Shown piece by piece: positions 39,907 through 48,655 of a DNA stretch of 64,000 nt. This DNA is from a virus (lineage: Duplodnaviria; Caudoviricetes): IMG/VR virus record IMGVR_UViG_3300037067_022526, positions 32,001 through 96,000 of that record, one strand, 5' to 3'. The position numbers and the translations under genes were made by a program. The stretch's first letter is position 1; each line of letters starts with the position of its first letter. The notes under the pieces were generated by a model. It ran no database searches. It worked only from the letters and a program-made list of their open reading frames with translations, and was not told the DNA's origin.

Positions 39907-39935
39907 AATTATAACCTTAGCGTGATGGGAAGTCA
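39907..39935 (-). promoter_or_regulatory. sigma70-type promoter of the cas operon
   Basis: TTGACT-N17-TATAAT on the minus strand. Confidence 0.8.
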
Positions 39936-39973
39936 AGCGAGAGATATTAGATTTTTTAAAAATATTCGTGGCC

Positions 39974-40002
39974 TTGACAATTTACGTAGCAGGCAATATA
40001 AT
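39974..40002 (+). promoter_or_regulatory. Consensus sigma70 promoter, divergent from the cas promoter
   Basis: TTGACA-N17-TATAAT. Confidence 0.85.
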
Positions 40003-40011
40003 GGATTGTAA

Positions 40012-40046
40012 GATGTTTCTCCCCTAAAAAGGGAGTGAATTGCAAC
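40012..40046 (+). repeat. Solitary CRISPR repeat
   Basis: GATGTTTCTCCCCTAAAAAGGGAGTGAATTGCAAC, in crRNA-sense orientation. Confidence 0.9.
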
Positions 40047-40068
40047 GTGATGATGTCGAGGAAATCAG

Positions 40069-40353
40069 ATGTGGAATTTGACAGAACACGCAAAACCGGT
40101 CACCGGAGAAGAATCTTTAGTAATTTATACTTGTCCGCAATTTCTTGAGGACGAACATCCTGGTATATATTACATACACGAAGCATACTGTATACACAAT
40201 GGTTTCTGTCGTTATTACCCGGATGAAGGTTGGTTCTGTGGGGATAATAAAATGCCAGAACCCGTAGCGTGGATCCGTCCCGAAAAATTGTTAGAGTATT
40301 TTTTGACGCAACTACCCAGCAAAGATCAGTCAGCTACAACACCTTTCAGATAA
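40069..40353 (+). CDS. Hypothetical protein, paralog of 45268..45519
   Basis: MWNLTEHAKPV...WFCGD.KMPEP.AW.RPEKLLE shared with the paralog. Confidence 0.75.
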   Translation: MWNLTEHAKPVTGEESLVIYTCPQFLEDEHPGIYYIHEAYCIHNGFCRYYPDEGWFCGDNKMPEPVAWIRPEKLLEYFLTQLPSKDQSATTPFR

Positions 40354-41252
40354 TCAGATATCGCAGTCCTGATGATATCTACGTAAGAAATTTCACAGTC
40401 ATTTTCATATGCTTGCTTGCGGGCAACTCTTTTTAATTGTTCTAATTGATCACTCAAAATTCGGATGCTGATTGTGATATTCTCAACGACATTTTGAAAT
40501 TTCGACCCAAATTCACATCCGAAATCGCCATCAGACATATGTTGGTTTTCTTGCCGCAGCATCTCTTCGGTATAATCGGTATTCACTTCCCATGTGGGTA
40601 GTTGGCATATCAACCTGTAATCAGGTGCAGTTGAAATTAAATTATATAATAAATCGCCTTTGCGCCTTGGTGACGAGACTATAATAGTTCGTGATTCATG
40701 CACTCCGTCATGTTTGAAGTCGGCAGTGCTGGGAATCAATGCATTATAAATTCTATCACCCGACTGCCCTGGAAATGACGCGATCTCATTGAATACAAGA
40801 GTGAAATATCGCTTGCCCAGGAGATTTGAACTATTGGCGTGAGCAACCATTAAACAAATGTATCCTGATCGATTCCGCCTTGGCAACCAAATTTTGTTCT
40901 GCTCTATTTTGGTTATCTCATCTCGAAAATACTCAGATCGAGTAACAAGCAGTTTCAACTCCGTGAAGAAAGATCTTGCCTCCTCTGCACTATTACAAAC
41001 AGCAAGCTGATAAATCGTGTCCTGGTTTGGGATATTATAATATTCAAACGGATTTGGTATTTCTAATAGTCGCCGTGTCTCTGCCAGTAGCAGCAGTGTA
41101 GCAAGATAATCCTTTCCGCTACGTCTTCCCAAAACGGCAACTAACTCTCGGTATTGTCCAATATAGAAGTTGGACATGATTTCTTTTAACCTCGGATATA
41201 ACTTAATGTTAGGTGTAATTAAATATTGCTCGATAAATTCCATTGAAGTCAT
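40326..41252 (-). CDS. Terminase large-subunit ATPase-like domain fused to a C-terminal ribbon-helix-helix
   Basis: GRRSGKD Walker A; LVFNEIASF Walker B variant; IVSSP motif III; LPTWEVN; EFGSKF; then TISIRI...YVDIIRTAISDYL; start ATG 41252 behind AAGGAG. Confidence 0.75.
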   Translation of the reverse strand: MTSMEFIEQYLITPNIKLYPRLKEIMSNFYIGQYRELVAVLGRRSGKDYLATLLLLAETRRLLEIPNPFEYYNIPNQDTIYQLAVCNSAEEARSFFTELKLLVTRSEYFRDEITKIEQNKIWLPRRNRSGYICLMVAHANSSNLLGKRYFTLVFNEIASFPGQSGDRIYNALIPSTADFKHDGVHESRTIIVSSPRRKGDLLYNLISTAPDYRLICQLPTWEVNTDYTEEMLRQENQHMSDGDFGCEFGSKFQNVVENITISIRILSDQLEQLKRVARKQAYENDCEISYVDIIRTAISDYLKGVVAD

Positions 41253-41357
41253 AAAAAGCTCCTTTCTACTAATACTTACTTCGCTGTCATAATTATTTCC
41301 TGTAAGAATTATGACAAAATTTACCACATAATACATTATACAGCGCAGGAGATGTGG

Positions 41358-41583
41358 AATGTTTCTTCAATGAAGTGAATTGCAACTTGACAACTCCCAC
41401 AGCCAGCAGTATAATGAGCCGTAAGATGTTTCTCTTTTGAAAAGAGGAGTGAATTACACAACATGGTAGTGTGGATTTTACTCATCAATGCCATACTTTG
41501 TGCATTATTCTTCTTTTTCGGCGTTTTCTGCGGATGGAGTTTAAGCTCGGATATAGATGTTTCTCCCCTGAAAAGGGGAGTGA
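41358..41583 (+). repeat. Cluster of three degenerate CRISPR repeats with an embedded promoter
   Basis: Copies at 41358-41386, 41425-41462 and 41556-41583. Confidence 0.8.
41387..41415 (+). promoter_or_regulatory. Consensus sigma70 promoter
   Basis: TTGACA-N17-TATAAT. Confidence 0.85.
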
Positions 41584-41840
41584 TAAAAAATCATATTGCT
41601 GCCGGACAGAAGGGTGCAGAGCTTTTGCGTAATAAATTTGGACTTATTAATATAGAAACCAGATCGGAAAGATACCCCGAGTCCCAAAGTATATCTCCGC
41701 AAAAGGCCCTAGATTTATTAAATGTATCTTGTGTTTGGATATCCAAACCATCTCTTAATGTTGTCATAGAGACATCGACAGGGAATTACCGAGTGAGATT
41801 CAGTGAATTTGACCGATACTTTTTATGCGGAGACAAATAA
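41463..41840 (+). CDS. Hypothetical protein with N-terminal transmembrane helix
   Basis: Hydrophobic N-terminus; RBS supplied by a repeat; contains a repeat fragment. Confidence 0.5.
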   Translation: MVVWILLINAILCALFFFFGVFCGWSLSSDIDVSPLKRGVIKNHIAAGQKGAELLRNKFGLINIETRSERYPESQSISPQKALDLLNVSCVWISKPSLNVVIETSTGNYRVRFSEFDRYFLCGDK

Positions 41841-41842
41841 AC

Positions 41843-42055
41843 ATGACCGAACAAGAGATGAAAATTGCTTTAGAGTGGGTTAAAGAATCCGAAAATACTA
41901 ATGAATATTGCGAGCGTAATCTTTTAATTGACGCCCTAAGACAATTAGAATTTGACCCGCCTGATATAAATAAAGCACAGCAAAGACTTCGAGAATTAAT
42001 TCCGTTAGGTGAACCTTATCATTTAGTTATTCCGCCTGATTTTGTGAAGGAATGA
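41843..42055 (+). CDS. Hypothetical protein
   Basis: GGAG RBS before MTEQEM. Confidence 0.55.
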   Translation: MTEQEMKIALEWVKESENTNEYCERNLLIDALRQLEFDPPDINKAQQRLRELIPLGEPYHLVIPPDFVKE

Positions 42056-42366
42056 TTATGTCTTATATTCACGAATTAAATTTCCGCAAAGTATTTGGTC
42101 TTTGCGAAGGATGGGTTATTTTACAAACAAAGAATGATTTTATGTCAATATCGGAATTATGTAGAGAAGCTAATGTGCTAGATCCGCCTTTGCCTAAAGA
42201 ATATCCTTGTTTGGCTCGGTTCTGGCGAGATGAGGTTGCAGAGGAACCCCATTTGAACGCAATTTATGTCGGTATTTATGATGCCAGTGAATTCCTTAAA
42301 TCGGCTGGTTTTATTGTTGAAGTTGGCGAGGAACGCAGAAAACGAGTCGATACCGAAGGATGGTAA
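42052..42366 (+). CDS. Hypothetical protein
   Basis: ATGA-coupled ORF. Confidence 0.55.
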   Translation: MIMSYIHELNFRKVFGLCEGWVILQTKNDFMSISELCREANVLDPPLPKEYPCLARFWRDEVAEEPHLNAIYVGIYDASEFLKSAGFIVEVGEERRKRVDTEGW

Positions 42367-42386
42367 AACAACAATAGGAGAAATAT

Positions 42387-43439
42387 GTGTTAATTGAAAT
42401 TGATTCAAAACTAAGTGCCCCACATGATCATTTGCCCACTGTTAATGCCTTAGATGCAATTAAAGCCAAAGTTACGGGGTATCATGTTGAATGCCATTCA
42501 GAGATGGGTAAACTTGTAGGCAAGAAATCTCGTGGTTCTACAAAATCCACTGTTCCATTCAATATGCACGGATTATTTGGTGCAATGTTGAGGGCATATT
42601 ATGACCACCGTAAATTAATTATCTCTCCAGATATGATTTGGAATACTATTGTTCAGGGTTTATCTTTGCATGTGTTTATGAATCCAGAAGATATGCGTAG
42701 TAAATTTGTAAAACATCAAGATAAAATAACCCTTAAAGTGCGGCGAGATGATTTCGTCAAAGGTGGTGTTAATCCTTGGCCAGAAGTTTTTGAAACATTC
42801 AACTCGTTGATTGCAGAGCACATCGGAGATCGAGCGCAACAACTCGTGCCCAATTTTTCCACAACTGGCCAATTAGAAAGAGCAATTCACCATGTTGCTT
42901 TAATGGACTCAGTTCAATCTTATTTTAAGTTTGAGGTCTATACACTCTGCGGTATACCATTTGTTGAACTTGAAGGCACGAGAGAAGACTGGAATAACTT
43001 GAATGAGCGAGCCAAATCTCTAAGCGACATAATTCCGGCGTGGTGGAAGGATCCGCTATTAGAAACATGTCAGACTTTTTATGATGCAGCATGCGGTAAA
43101 GTTGACATTAAACAGTGGAAATCTATATTTAAAGAAGAATCAATTGGAAGTGGCAGTCCAGAAATTACGGGATGGGCTTTAAATTTATGTCCATATTTAT
43201 ACGACAGATACGGTAAAACACATTATCCGAATCCCAATCTCGTCGGTGGTAGGTCATATATTACTTCTGAGAATTTGCCAAGTGGTGTATCACAAGTGCC
43301 ATTTGAGTGGTTTTATTATGAGCAAGTGTTTCACATGCAATTTGTTGGTGGATTTATGGGTATAATTGAGAACGATGACTTTTCTGTTCGTCCACAATTT
43401 GGATGGGCCATTGTTGAATCGGAAGAAGGATTGCTTTAA
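42387..43439 (+). CDS. DUF4419-family protein
   Basis: AYYDHRKLIISPDMIW, PNFSTT and CGIPFVELEGTREDW motifs. Confidence 0.75.
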   Translation: MLIEIDSKLSAPHDHLPTVNALDAIKAKVTGYHVECHSEMGKLVGKKSRGSTKSTVPFNMHGLFGAMLRAYYDHRKLIISPDMIWNTIVQGLSLHVFMNPEDMRSKFVKHQDKITLKVRRDDFVKGGVNPWPEVFETFNSLIAEHIGDRAQQLVPNFSTTGQLERAIHHVALMDSVQSYFKFEVYTLCGIPFVELEGTREDWNNLNERAKSLSDIIPAWWKDPLLETCQTFYDAACGKVDIKQWKSIFKEESIGSGSPEITGWALNLCPYLYDRYGKTHYPNPNLVGGRSYITSENLPSGVSQVPFEWFYYEQVFHMQFVGGFMGIIENDDFSVRPQFGWAIVESEEGLL

Positions 43440-43441
43440 AT

Positions 43442-43627
43442 ATGATTGGGTTTGAGTGGAATTATTGTGGAGTATGTGGATGTCGGTTAGCCCCTGACGA
43501 TTTTGATGGTATTTGTTGGGATTGTGACCGCAAATGTCGTATTTGTGGTTGCGAGCTTTCGGATGAAAATACTGGTACGATTTGCCCTGTCTGCGGAGAA
43601 TTAGAATCTCGACTGGAGATCACATGA
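43442..43627 (+). CDS. Small double Zn-ribbon protein
   Basis: Four CxxC pairs in 61 aa. Confidence 0.55.
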   Translation: MIGFEWNYCGVCGCRLAPDDFDGICWDCDRKCRICGCELSDENTGTICPVCGELESRLEIT

Positions 43628-44004
43628 ACGTAAAATGGCGTAATAGTGGTAAATTTGACAAAGAAGCAATAAATAGAGGCTCTCAGCCTATATTTCTTCC
43701 AACTATAATATTCAGCATCATAGCCTATTTGTATTTCGGTTGGATATCAGTGATACTTATAATTCTCGCTGGTGTCATTGCTATATATTTTATAGGTAAA
43801 CATACTAAATCAATGTATTGCTCAAAGCATGATTGCCCTATAGAGGAAAGACATTGGGATTTTTACGATGTAGAATATTATTGTCCGACATGTCATGAAA
43901 AAGAAGTGAAGGAATACAAACAACAAGTAAGAGAAGCACGTATATCTGAGTATGCAGAAGGTGCCCGCAGGGCGCTATTAGAGCAGGATCGAGATTATAC
44001 CTAA
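43624..44004 (+). CDS. Membrane protein with Cys/His cluster (tandem paralog 1)
   Basis: Two hydrophobic helices; CSKHDC...CPTC. Confidence 0.65.
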   Translation: MNVKWRNSGKFDKEAINRGSQPIFLPTIIFSIIAYLYFGWISVILIILAGVIAIYFIGKHTKSMYCSKHDCPIEERHWDFYDVEYYCPTCHEKEVKEYKQQVREARISEYAEGARRALLEQDRDYT

Positions 44005-44066
44005 TTTAACCATCGAAGAATGTTTGAAATTATTAGAGAAAAATTAGAATCTCGACTGGAGATCAC

Positions 44067-44348
44067 ATGAACGTGACATGGCGTAATAGTGGTAAATTTG
44101 ACAAAGAAGCAATAAGCAGAGGATGTAGATTTATGATGCTTCCAGTTGTAATGTCCAGTATTATAACTTATATGTACTATGGTTGGATACCACCAGTAAT
44201 AATAGTTTCTGTTGGTATAATATCTGTTTATTTTATGGGTAAACATACTAAATCAATGTATTGCCCAAAACATGATTGTCTCATAAAGGAAAGACGTTTT
44301 GATTTTTATGATGTAGAGTATTATTGCCCGAAATGCTCGAAGAGGTGA
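44067..44348 (+). CDS. Membrane protein with Cys/His cluster (tandem paralog 2)
   Basis: DNA-level duplicate of 43624, including upstream sequence. Confidence 0.65.
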   Translation: MNVTWRNSGKFDKEAISRGCRFMMLPVVMSSIITYMYYGWIPPVIIVSVGIISVYFMGKHTKSMYCPKHDCLIKERRFDFYDVEYYCPKCSKR

Positions 44349-44415
44349 AAAATTATGTCTAATTCTGAATTTTGTCGTAGAATGGGATTGTCGGGAGTAA
44401 TTTAAAGGAGAAAAA

Positions 44416-44892
44416 ATGACATCTGAAGCAATTATAAATCGTAAGAAATATGCTCATCGCCTTGGATTTTGGTACATTAATGTATTAACAGCAGTTCAAT
44501 CTATGGGATATTCAGAGGAAGAATCCAAGCAAATTTGCACTGAGGCTGGTATTGACTGGGAAAAAGATGTAGAACAAACAAAAAATGAATATATAGTACG
44601 ATCGAACCAGTCCCGGCAAAAGCAACAAAAAAGGTATTCTAAATATCAGAGTGAATTAGAAACTCAGTTGACTAAACAACAACTCGATATATTAGATCAA
44701 CTTAGAACTTTTAAATCTATACTATGTAAAGAAAATGAAATAGCAGATTCTCTTGTGTCTTTAGGATTAGCCCGCAAACTAGATGATGGATATTATGATC
44801 GTGGTGAACAAGCATGGGAAAAATATAATGCAGAGTTAGCAGAGATGAAAAAACTAAGCCTAAAAGAATTAATAAAGAAAATGGATGAATAA
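44416..44892 (+). CDS. Hypothetical protein
   Basis: AAGGAG RBS; 158 aa. Confidence 0.65.
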   Translation: MTSEAIINRKKYAHRLGFWYINVLTAVQSMGYSEEESKQICTEAGIDWEKDVEQTKNEYIVRSNQSRQKQQKRYSKYQSELETQLTKQQLDILDQLRTFKSILCKENEIADSLVSLGLARKLDDGYYDRGEQAWEKYNAELAEMKKLSLKELIKKMDE

Positions 44893-45037
44893 AATGGCAA
44901 CCGAACCGTGTAATTTACCAATGATTAAGATGATGTGGCACTTGGGGTTTCTGCGGTTGTTGGTAGAAAAAGAGTTCGGCAGAAGTAGCAGTTTAACTAT
45001 ACGACAGTTGAGTGGCGGTGCCGCCTCGGAGTGAAAA

Positions 45038-45280
45038 ATGAACGCGTTGCTTGTCGGCAAGAGAGAAGAGGACGGTCAATTCCATGTTTACCACATGGCA
45101 CTTTATCCCGAGACCCCAACTCAGGTTGACATAGACGATCTCCGTCGAGAATTATCTGAAACCCCAGAATTTGGACTGATGGACAGAATAAGCGAAATGG
45201 AAATACGAGCCACAGTGCTGAGACCAGAGGCGGGACAGCCGCCACCGGAAAACAAGGAGAGTGAAAAATGTGGAACTTGA
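45038..45280 (+). CDS. Hypothetical protein
   Basis: GGAG RBS. Confidence 0.5.
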   Translation: MNALLVGKREEDGQFHVYHMALYPETPTQVDIDDLRRELSETPEFGLMDRISEMEIRATVLRPEAGQPPPENKESEKCGT

Positions 45281-45519
45281 CCAAGAATGCGAAGCCTGTC
45301 TCGGGTGAGGATTCTCTCGTAATTTATTTTCACCCGCAAATTGGTCATTATATTCACGATGGCTTCTGTCGATACTTTCCACCTTATGACAGTCGTGAAG
45401 GCAAATGGTTTTGTGGTGACGATGAAATGCCTGAGCCGATTGCGTGGATGCGTCCTGAGAAGCTGCTTGAGTTCTTTCTGGTAACTAGTGCAGGACAGCC
45501 GCCGCTGGAAAACACATAG
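45268..45519 (+). CDS. Hypothetical protein, paralog of 40069..40353
   Basis: Sequence similarity to the paralog; AAGGAG RBS. Confidence 0.7.
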   Translation: MWNLTKNAKPVSGEDSLVIYFHPQIGHYIHDGFCRYFPPYDSREGKWFCGDDEMPEPIAWMRPEKLLEFFLVTSAGQPPLENT

Positions 45520-45527
45520 GATATTGT

Positions 45528-45764
45528 ATGACTGAAATCATTGATTTTTGGCTCGCATCTCCACGCCTGAATAAGACTAAATATCTTGAAAAACATTTTG
45601 GCGGTAAATGGAAATACGATGGCATGGCCTCGTGGTGGTGCGATGATGGCAAACGGCACGTATCAAGAACGGCGTCATGCTATTGCGATGATAAGTGTAA
45701 TCATCTGCCACATTATTATCTTTATGAGGACACAGAAGCAAGTATAATTACGTGGCAGGTGTAG
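45528..45764 (+). CDS. Hypothetical protein
   Basis: ORF in a co-directional run. Confidence 0.5.
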   Translation: MTEIIDFWLASPRLNKTKYLEKHFGGKWKYDGMASWWCDDGKRHVSRTASCYCDDKCNHLPHYYLYEDTEASIITWQV

Positions 45765-45767
45765 CGC

Positions 45768-46280
45768 ATGAGTGGTATGCTAATTGTTGATTTTTCTCGT
45801 CAGTCCGACATGGACGACCTGAAGATGCGTTTCAAAAAACTTGCCCCCGATGGTGGTAACTTAATCCCTCCTCACATTGAAGGCGAACCACCGGAATCTC
45901 GAAAGAGTGGTTTGCGTATAGAAATACCCGATAAAATCTGGGGTAAAAAAGTTGTTACTTTTGAATACGCCATTTGGGATCAGTGGTCGGCAGAATTTGC
46001 TTTCTTTTTTGGACTTGAGATTATCAAACGATATAAAATCAAGCGCATTGGGTGGGATTGTATTGGATGGTGCAAGACAACCGATGATTATAAGAAAACA
46101 CGCAACTTCGAATTGCGTAGATTCGCTACAAGATATATGTCTCCCGATAATCGCAAGATAGAGTTTTCTTTTTTGAACCGTGTTTGTCGCACATTTAAGA
46201 GGGCCGCCAAAAGATTTTTCGACGGGGATGGATCTGATTTGATTCTAAAGGAGCAAACTAATGCAATGGTCAACACATGA
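45768..46280 (+). CDS. Hypothetical protein
   Basis: 170-aa ORF. Confidence 0.55.
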   Translation: MSGMLIVDFSRQSDMDDLKMRFKKLAPDGGNLIPPHIEGEPPESRKSGLRIEIPDKIWGKKVVTFEYAIWDQWSAEFAFFFGLEIIKRYKIKRIGWDCIGWCKTTDDYKKTRNFELRRFATRYMSPDNRKIEFSFLNRVCRTFKRAAKRFFDGDGSDLILKEQTNAMVNT

Positions 46281-46444
46281 CATTCAGACGGTTTTACTCA
46301 TATTTCGAAGGATAGTCGAAGACTACAAAATAGAAAAAGAATGTCCATACTGTTATACTCACAACAAAAATCTGATTGATGGACACGCTAGTGGTTGTCT
46401 TTTTAGAGACTGGCTTATAAATAACTCGATAGAATTGACAAACA

Positions 46445-46756
46445 ATGCGAAGACCTGATAGAATAGAACCATTTCTGGGCATCCTTGGTAATATCTGGAA
46501 AAACAATCCAGAATTAAGATTTGGACAATTAATCTCTCTTGCTTTTGGTTTGTTTTCCGGACAAACATATGATGGTCGATTATGGCATGTAGAAGATGAC
46601 GATTTTCTTGAGCGGCTGATGGAAAATATGTCTATATCTAGAGATAATCTTACTAAACCAGAAATAGAGCAACGATTAGCAGAATTAAAAGAACCAATTC
46701 GAGGAGAAATTATGGATTTGGCTATATTTGAAGGCGAAGACTGGAGATTAAAATGA
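46445..46756 (+). CDS. Phage hypothetical protein (MRxPxRI...W...P.LRFGQL type)
   Basis: N-terminal motif common in small phage proteins. Confidence 0.6.
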   Translation: MRRPDRIEPFLGILGNIWKNNPELRFGQLISLAFGLFSGQTYDGRLWHVEDDDFLERLMENMSISRDNLTKPEIEQRLAELKEPIRGEIMDLAIFEGEDWRLK

Positions 46757-47043
46757 CAGATTATTCAACTCATAAATGGACCGAAGCAGATCACGCTCGT
46801 TGGGACAGGGCATGTGGAGTGAGTGAAAAAGAAATTGCTCGACGCCAAGAGAAAAGGCGTAAATTAAAAGAGAAGGCAGATGCCCTAGTTAATCCATACG
46901 AAAATGTTTGTGATCATTGTGGTAAAACTTTCATCTCGAAATTTTCCTATAAATATTGTGGTAATATTCGTGGTTGTCTTAATGATGAGTCGGGCGAAAC
47001 CCGTAAAGAAATGGATGAACTTCTCAGCAATTGGAGTAAGTGA
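46753..47043 (+). CDS. Hypothetical Zn-finger protein
   Basis: CDHCGKTF...YC...C. Confidence 0.5.
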   Translation: MTDYSTHKWTEADHARWDRACGVSEKEIARRQEKRRKLKEKADALVNPYENVCDHCGKTFISKFSYKYCGNIRGCLNDESGETRKEMDELLSNWSK

Positions 47044-47314
47044 AATGGAAAAGATAGGTGTGATGATTGTTAGTGAAAACGAGCATTTACTTTTGGATGC
47101 AGTGCAGTTTCTGAAAGAAGAGTTCCAGCAGCCAGAGTATCCAGAAGATGATAACTATGATAAAGGATGGAATGATGGACGGAAAACATTGGCAGCGGAA
47201 ATCTTAGAGAAATTAGGTCTCTACGACATGGTGCCCAAGAATTGCGTAAGTGGCTGGAATCCGCCAGAAAGAAGAGACGAAGGATAACCATCGCCTAAGG
47301 TCGTATATTAGTCC

Positions 47315-48166
47315 ATGAAACGTTTTAACTGGCTTCAAAAAATTGCAGCGAGTATTTGTAAAACTGCCTCTATAACTTTCAGTATACAGGGTTCTGGACG
47401 TATATCTCAACCCAAAACACTTCAATCTATTTGCCATGATATTGATCAGCTTATTGGTGATACCTATCCCCGGTCGTGGATTGTGGATGGTTTGTTGAAC
47501 AATACTATAGTTCCAGATGCTCCTCAGTGGGATGATCTTATGGGTAATATTAATTGGTATGTCCCTGCTCAGGTTGATCCATCGGAAGTTGAGCCATATA
47601 TTTCAATGGCTATTAAAGAACTTGCTCTTTTGGGTATCGATATTCAAGCCAGCCAAAAATCACGATCAAGAATGATGCATCCACATGCCTACAAAATCGT
47701 ACTTCAGGTCAGAAATAATGAAACTCAGAACATAGAAAAAATACCAAAATTAAATCTGGCAAATGGTAATGCTGGTACAATTCTGGAATTGCTTGGGTTA
47801 TCTAAACAGCAGACTCAAGACAGTCCTCTTGGTCCACTAAGCGGCCCCGAAGATCCCGAAGGACAAGTAACTGCACAAGATTTACTTCGGCGTATTAAAC
47901 AGGCTTACGGACGTATTCAGTCTGCCATTCGACCGCCTCAGGGAGGTTTTCTGAATCAAAATCAGCCCGAAGAAAATCCTTACGCCATTGACTCTCCTTG
48001 GTCACAGCAGGAAGAACAAGAAAATGTGCCTGGTGCAAAATGGACAGATCAGGGTATGGACCAAGATAAAATCTGGGAAATATTAAATGCTCTGGAAGAA
48101 ATGGCATTTACAGCTAGCCGATTGCAATTAGACAAAAATAAACCAGCGATCATTCAATGGGGATAA
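47315..48166 (+). CDS. Hypothetical, probable virion protein
   Basis: N-terminal FNWLQKIAASICKTAS; candidate late promoter upstream. Confidence 0.65.
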   Translation: MKRFNWLQKIAASICKTASITFSIQGSGRISQPKTLQSICHDIDQLIGDTYPRSWIVDGLLNNTIVPDAPQWDDLMGNINWYVPAQVDPSEVEPYISMAIKELALLGIDIQASQKSRSRMMHPHAYKIVLQVRNNETQNIEKIPKLNLANGNAGTILELLGLSKQQTQDSPLGPLSGPEDPEGQVTAQDLLRRIKQAYGRIQSAIRPPQGGFLNQNQPEENPYAIDSPWSQQEEQENVPGAKWTDQGMDQDKIWEILNALEEMAFTASRLQLDKNKPAIIQWG

Positions 48167-48173
48167 TTAATCC

Positions 48174-48202
48174 TTGACATATGCGTAATTTGGCGGTATA
48201 AT
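48174..48202 (+). promoter_or_regulatory. Consensus sigma70 promoter
   Basis: TTGACA-N17-TATAAT. Confidence 0.75.
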
Positions 48203-48655
48203 ACTAGTAGTGCGGCATGTCGTAAAGCCTGCACCAAAATCCATGCCAGGATGTTTGTTGCTCGCCACTGCACTAACCGTAATTCTGACGAGCCGTATTG
48301 CCTTAATTAAAGGCATCCAGGTAATTCGATCATGCCGCACTGCCTTGGCCAAAAAATGGAGTAAAAACCACATGAGTAATCGAATCAATGTTGTTCTTGA
48401 AGATGACAATGCAACGTGTTTGAATCTTCTGAGAGAAACTAATCCCAAGTGGTCAACCGAGACCATTGTACGGGAAGCCCTTGAGATGTATTGGACGTTG
48501 CAAAACCAATTCAACCAAGGATTTGTCACCGTTAAGGTGCATAGTCCCTACACAAATCAAGAACATCAGATGCATATTGTCAACATGCAATGCGGCAGTC
48601 CATATCATGAACCGAGGAGTGGTTGCTGTGAAGATTTGCCCACAAAAGCGGGAGA

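Noticed and set aside
39922-40060. Sequence after the solitary repeat (GTGATG...) as a guide against the cas promoter
   Set aside because: Only 6 contiguous nt match and there is no TTN PAM; too weak to claim
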